Shown here: piece after piece, positions 62,913 to 64,000 of the stretch
Numbering within the stretch: position 1 is the stretch's first letter
How the letters are laid out: the number at the start of each line of letters is the position of its first letter
From: Dehalococcoidia bacterium
GTDB lineage: Bacteria; Chloroflexota; Dehalococcoidia; Lucifugimonadales; Australimonadaceae
Direction: 5' to 3'
DNA length: 64,000 nucleotides
Assembly: GCA_965261385.1 (NCBI GenBank)
Contig: CBDHDB010000002.1
Coordinates: 1,989,091 to 2,053,090 of the forward strand
Made by a program: the position numbers and the translations under genes
The notes under the pieces: model-generated
The model's database searches: none
Told to the model about the DNA's origin: nothing
What the model saw: only the letters and a program-made list of their open reading frames with translations

Positions 62913-64000
62913 TCACGACAGCGCATCTGGAATCGCTGTCACGTCATCGAGGTCTTCGAGCCGGTCGATGAGGTCAATCACCGATTCGAGCGCCGAATGC
63001 GAGAGTGGCAATGGGGCATGCGACGCACAGTCCATGAACTTGTCGATGAGCTGCTCGCGGCTCAATGGCCTCTTCGGGTGTCCAAGGGGCACGTCGATGC
63101 GCTTCGTCACCGTGGCGCCAGAGCCGAGAACGACCTCCACTATGCCCGCGTGCGGCGACAGCGAGGGGTCGAGTTCGTGGCTGCCTTTAGCCGCTATCTT
63201 CAACGCTTCTGGCTGACCGAGGCCCGCAGGGGTGAAGTCGGATAGTGTAACGGCCCCGTTCGCTAACGCTTTGGCCGCGCCGAAGTAGATGCTGTTAGCC
63301 GCTGAGGCTGCGCTACCAGGACGGCGGCGCTCCTCCACCGGCTCGAACCAGTTTCTGGAACTGGGGTGGCCGGTGAGCCTGAGCTCGACGATGGCCTCAG
63401 GGTCGATGCCGTCGTCGTTGCGGAGCTGGAGACCGGCCTCGATGAACGCGTGGATTAGCCCGCTCGTCGGCCAGGGTTTGAACGATGAATCGAGCGTGTA
63501 GTACGTCGTCCCTAGTCCCTCGGTGATGATGGAGGCGTCGTACACGCCGTCGTAGAACATGGCGAAGAAACCCGCTTCGCCTTCGAGCGCATCGCAGCGC
63601 GCACCGAGGCCTTCCTGAGCCAGAAGGGCCGCAAGCACGCCTCCTTGATTGGGGAAGGCTGCGTAGATTCCCTTGGCGGGCGGGTCGCCGTAGACCACCA
63701 CCTGCCGGCTTCCTGACGCCTGCATCAGCATGAGCCCAAGGGCGCTGTCCAGTTGGTCGACCGAGAGCTCGAGCACCCGGCCTGCGCTGAGCGTGGCGCC
63801 CAGATAGCTGAGGAGCTGACCCTCCAGGAAACGGCCCTTCGTGTTCACTCCCGCGCGGAGCAGGGCTATCACGGACCGCATCTCGACCTCGACTCCGGCC
63901 ACGAGGGCGTTGATGAACTCCTTCCCGCTGACCCCTCCACGACGTTCGGCGACTGCCAGGGGCGCCGTGAGCGCGAATGCTCCCGGGTGTCCTCCCTCCG
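62913..64000 (-). CDS. MmgE/PrpD-family protein, C-terminal part (gene runs off right edge)
   Basis: The frame stays open to the window edge (..GGHPGAFALTAPLAVAERRGGVSGKEFINALVAGVEVEMRS..). Paralog of 7551..8915. Confidence 0.8.
   Translation of the reverse strand, partial: EGGHPGAFALTAPLAVAERRGGVSGKEFINALVAGVEVEMRSVIALLRAGVNTKGRFLEGQLLSYLGATLSAGRVLELSVDQLDSALGLMLMQASGSRQVVVYGDPPAKGIYAAFPNQGGVLAALLAQEGLGARCDALEGEAGFFAMFYDGVYDASIITEGLGTTYYTLDSSFKPWPTSGLIHAFIEAGLQLRNDDGIDPEAIVELRLTGHPSSRNWFEPVEERRRPGSAASAANSIYFGAAKALANGAVTLSDFTPAGLGQPEALKIAAKGSHELDPSLSPHAGIVEVVLGSGATVTKRIDVPLGHPKRPLSREQLIDKFMDCASHAPLPLSHSALESVIDLIDRLEDLDDVTAIPDALS

Overview
High-GC (roughly 65%) bacterial chromosomal segment, densely coding. 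Housekeeping genes include purF (5' part), tlyA, the rpmH-rnpA-yidD / propeller-protein / yidC-jag cluster, ileS behind a T-box leader, rph, comEA-comEC, ilvE, a hotdog-dehydratase-pair/plsX/fabG lipid operon and pyrF. Between them sit accessory cassettes: an m5C methyltransferase / GIY-YIG endonuclease / Vsr operon, a VapBC-like toxin-antitoxin pair, a plant-type LRR protein, a small phage-like HTH cassette, a decayed IS5-family element, and a lower-GC island from 55.4 kb to the right edge with two Rieske oxygenase paralogs, an ABC importer and an MmgE/PrpD paralog. The short YidC, T-box attenuator, F420/PPOX-type enzyme and paralog families (MmgE/PrpD x2, Rieske x2, atypical epimerase x2, GNAT x2) fit a Chloroflexota-like, possibly SAR202-like, organism, but that is inference only. 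The ORF track misses several non-ORF structures. (1) A modular hairpin repeat family (TTCCCGC-N4-GCGGGAA plus CTCTCCCGTCTGCGGGGGAGAG-TTAGAGAGGGGG and other modules) fills at least 11 intergenic loci and brackets most accessory cassettes. (2) Two arrays of about 33-nt periodic direct repeats lie at 1.1 kb and 25.9 kb. (3) Eight copies of TGTCGCA phased at about 10.5 bp sit directly upstream of a terminase-small-subunit-like HTH gene. (4) A roughly 100-bp direct repeat pair brackets a three-gene cassette. (5) rpmH (45 aa, GTG start) is absent from the track. I found no CRISPR array, rRNA or convincing tRNA. The best candidates for something undescribed are the phased-repeat plus HTH plus unknown-ORF cassette (19.5-20.4 kb), the mosaic repeat system and the 33-nt arrays. 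None can be assigned a function from sequence alone.
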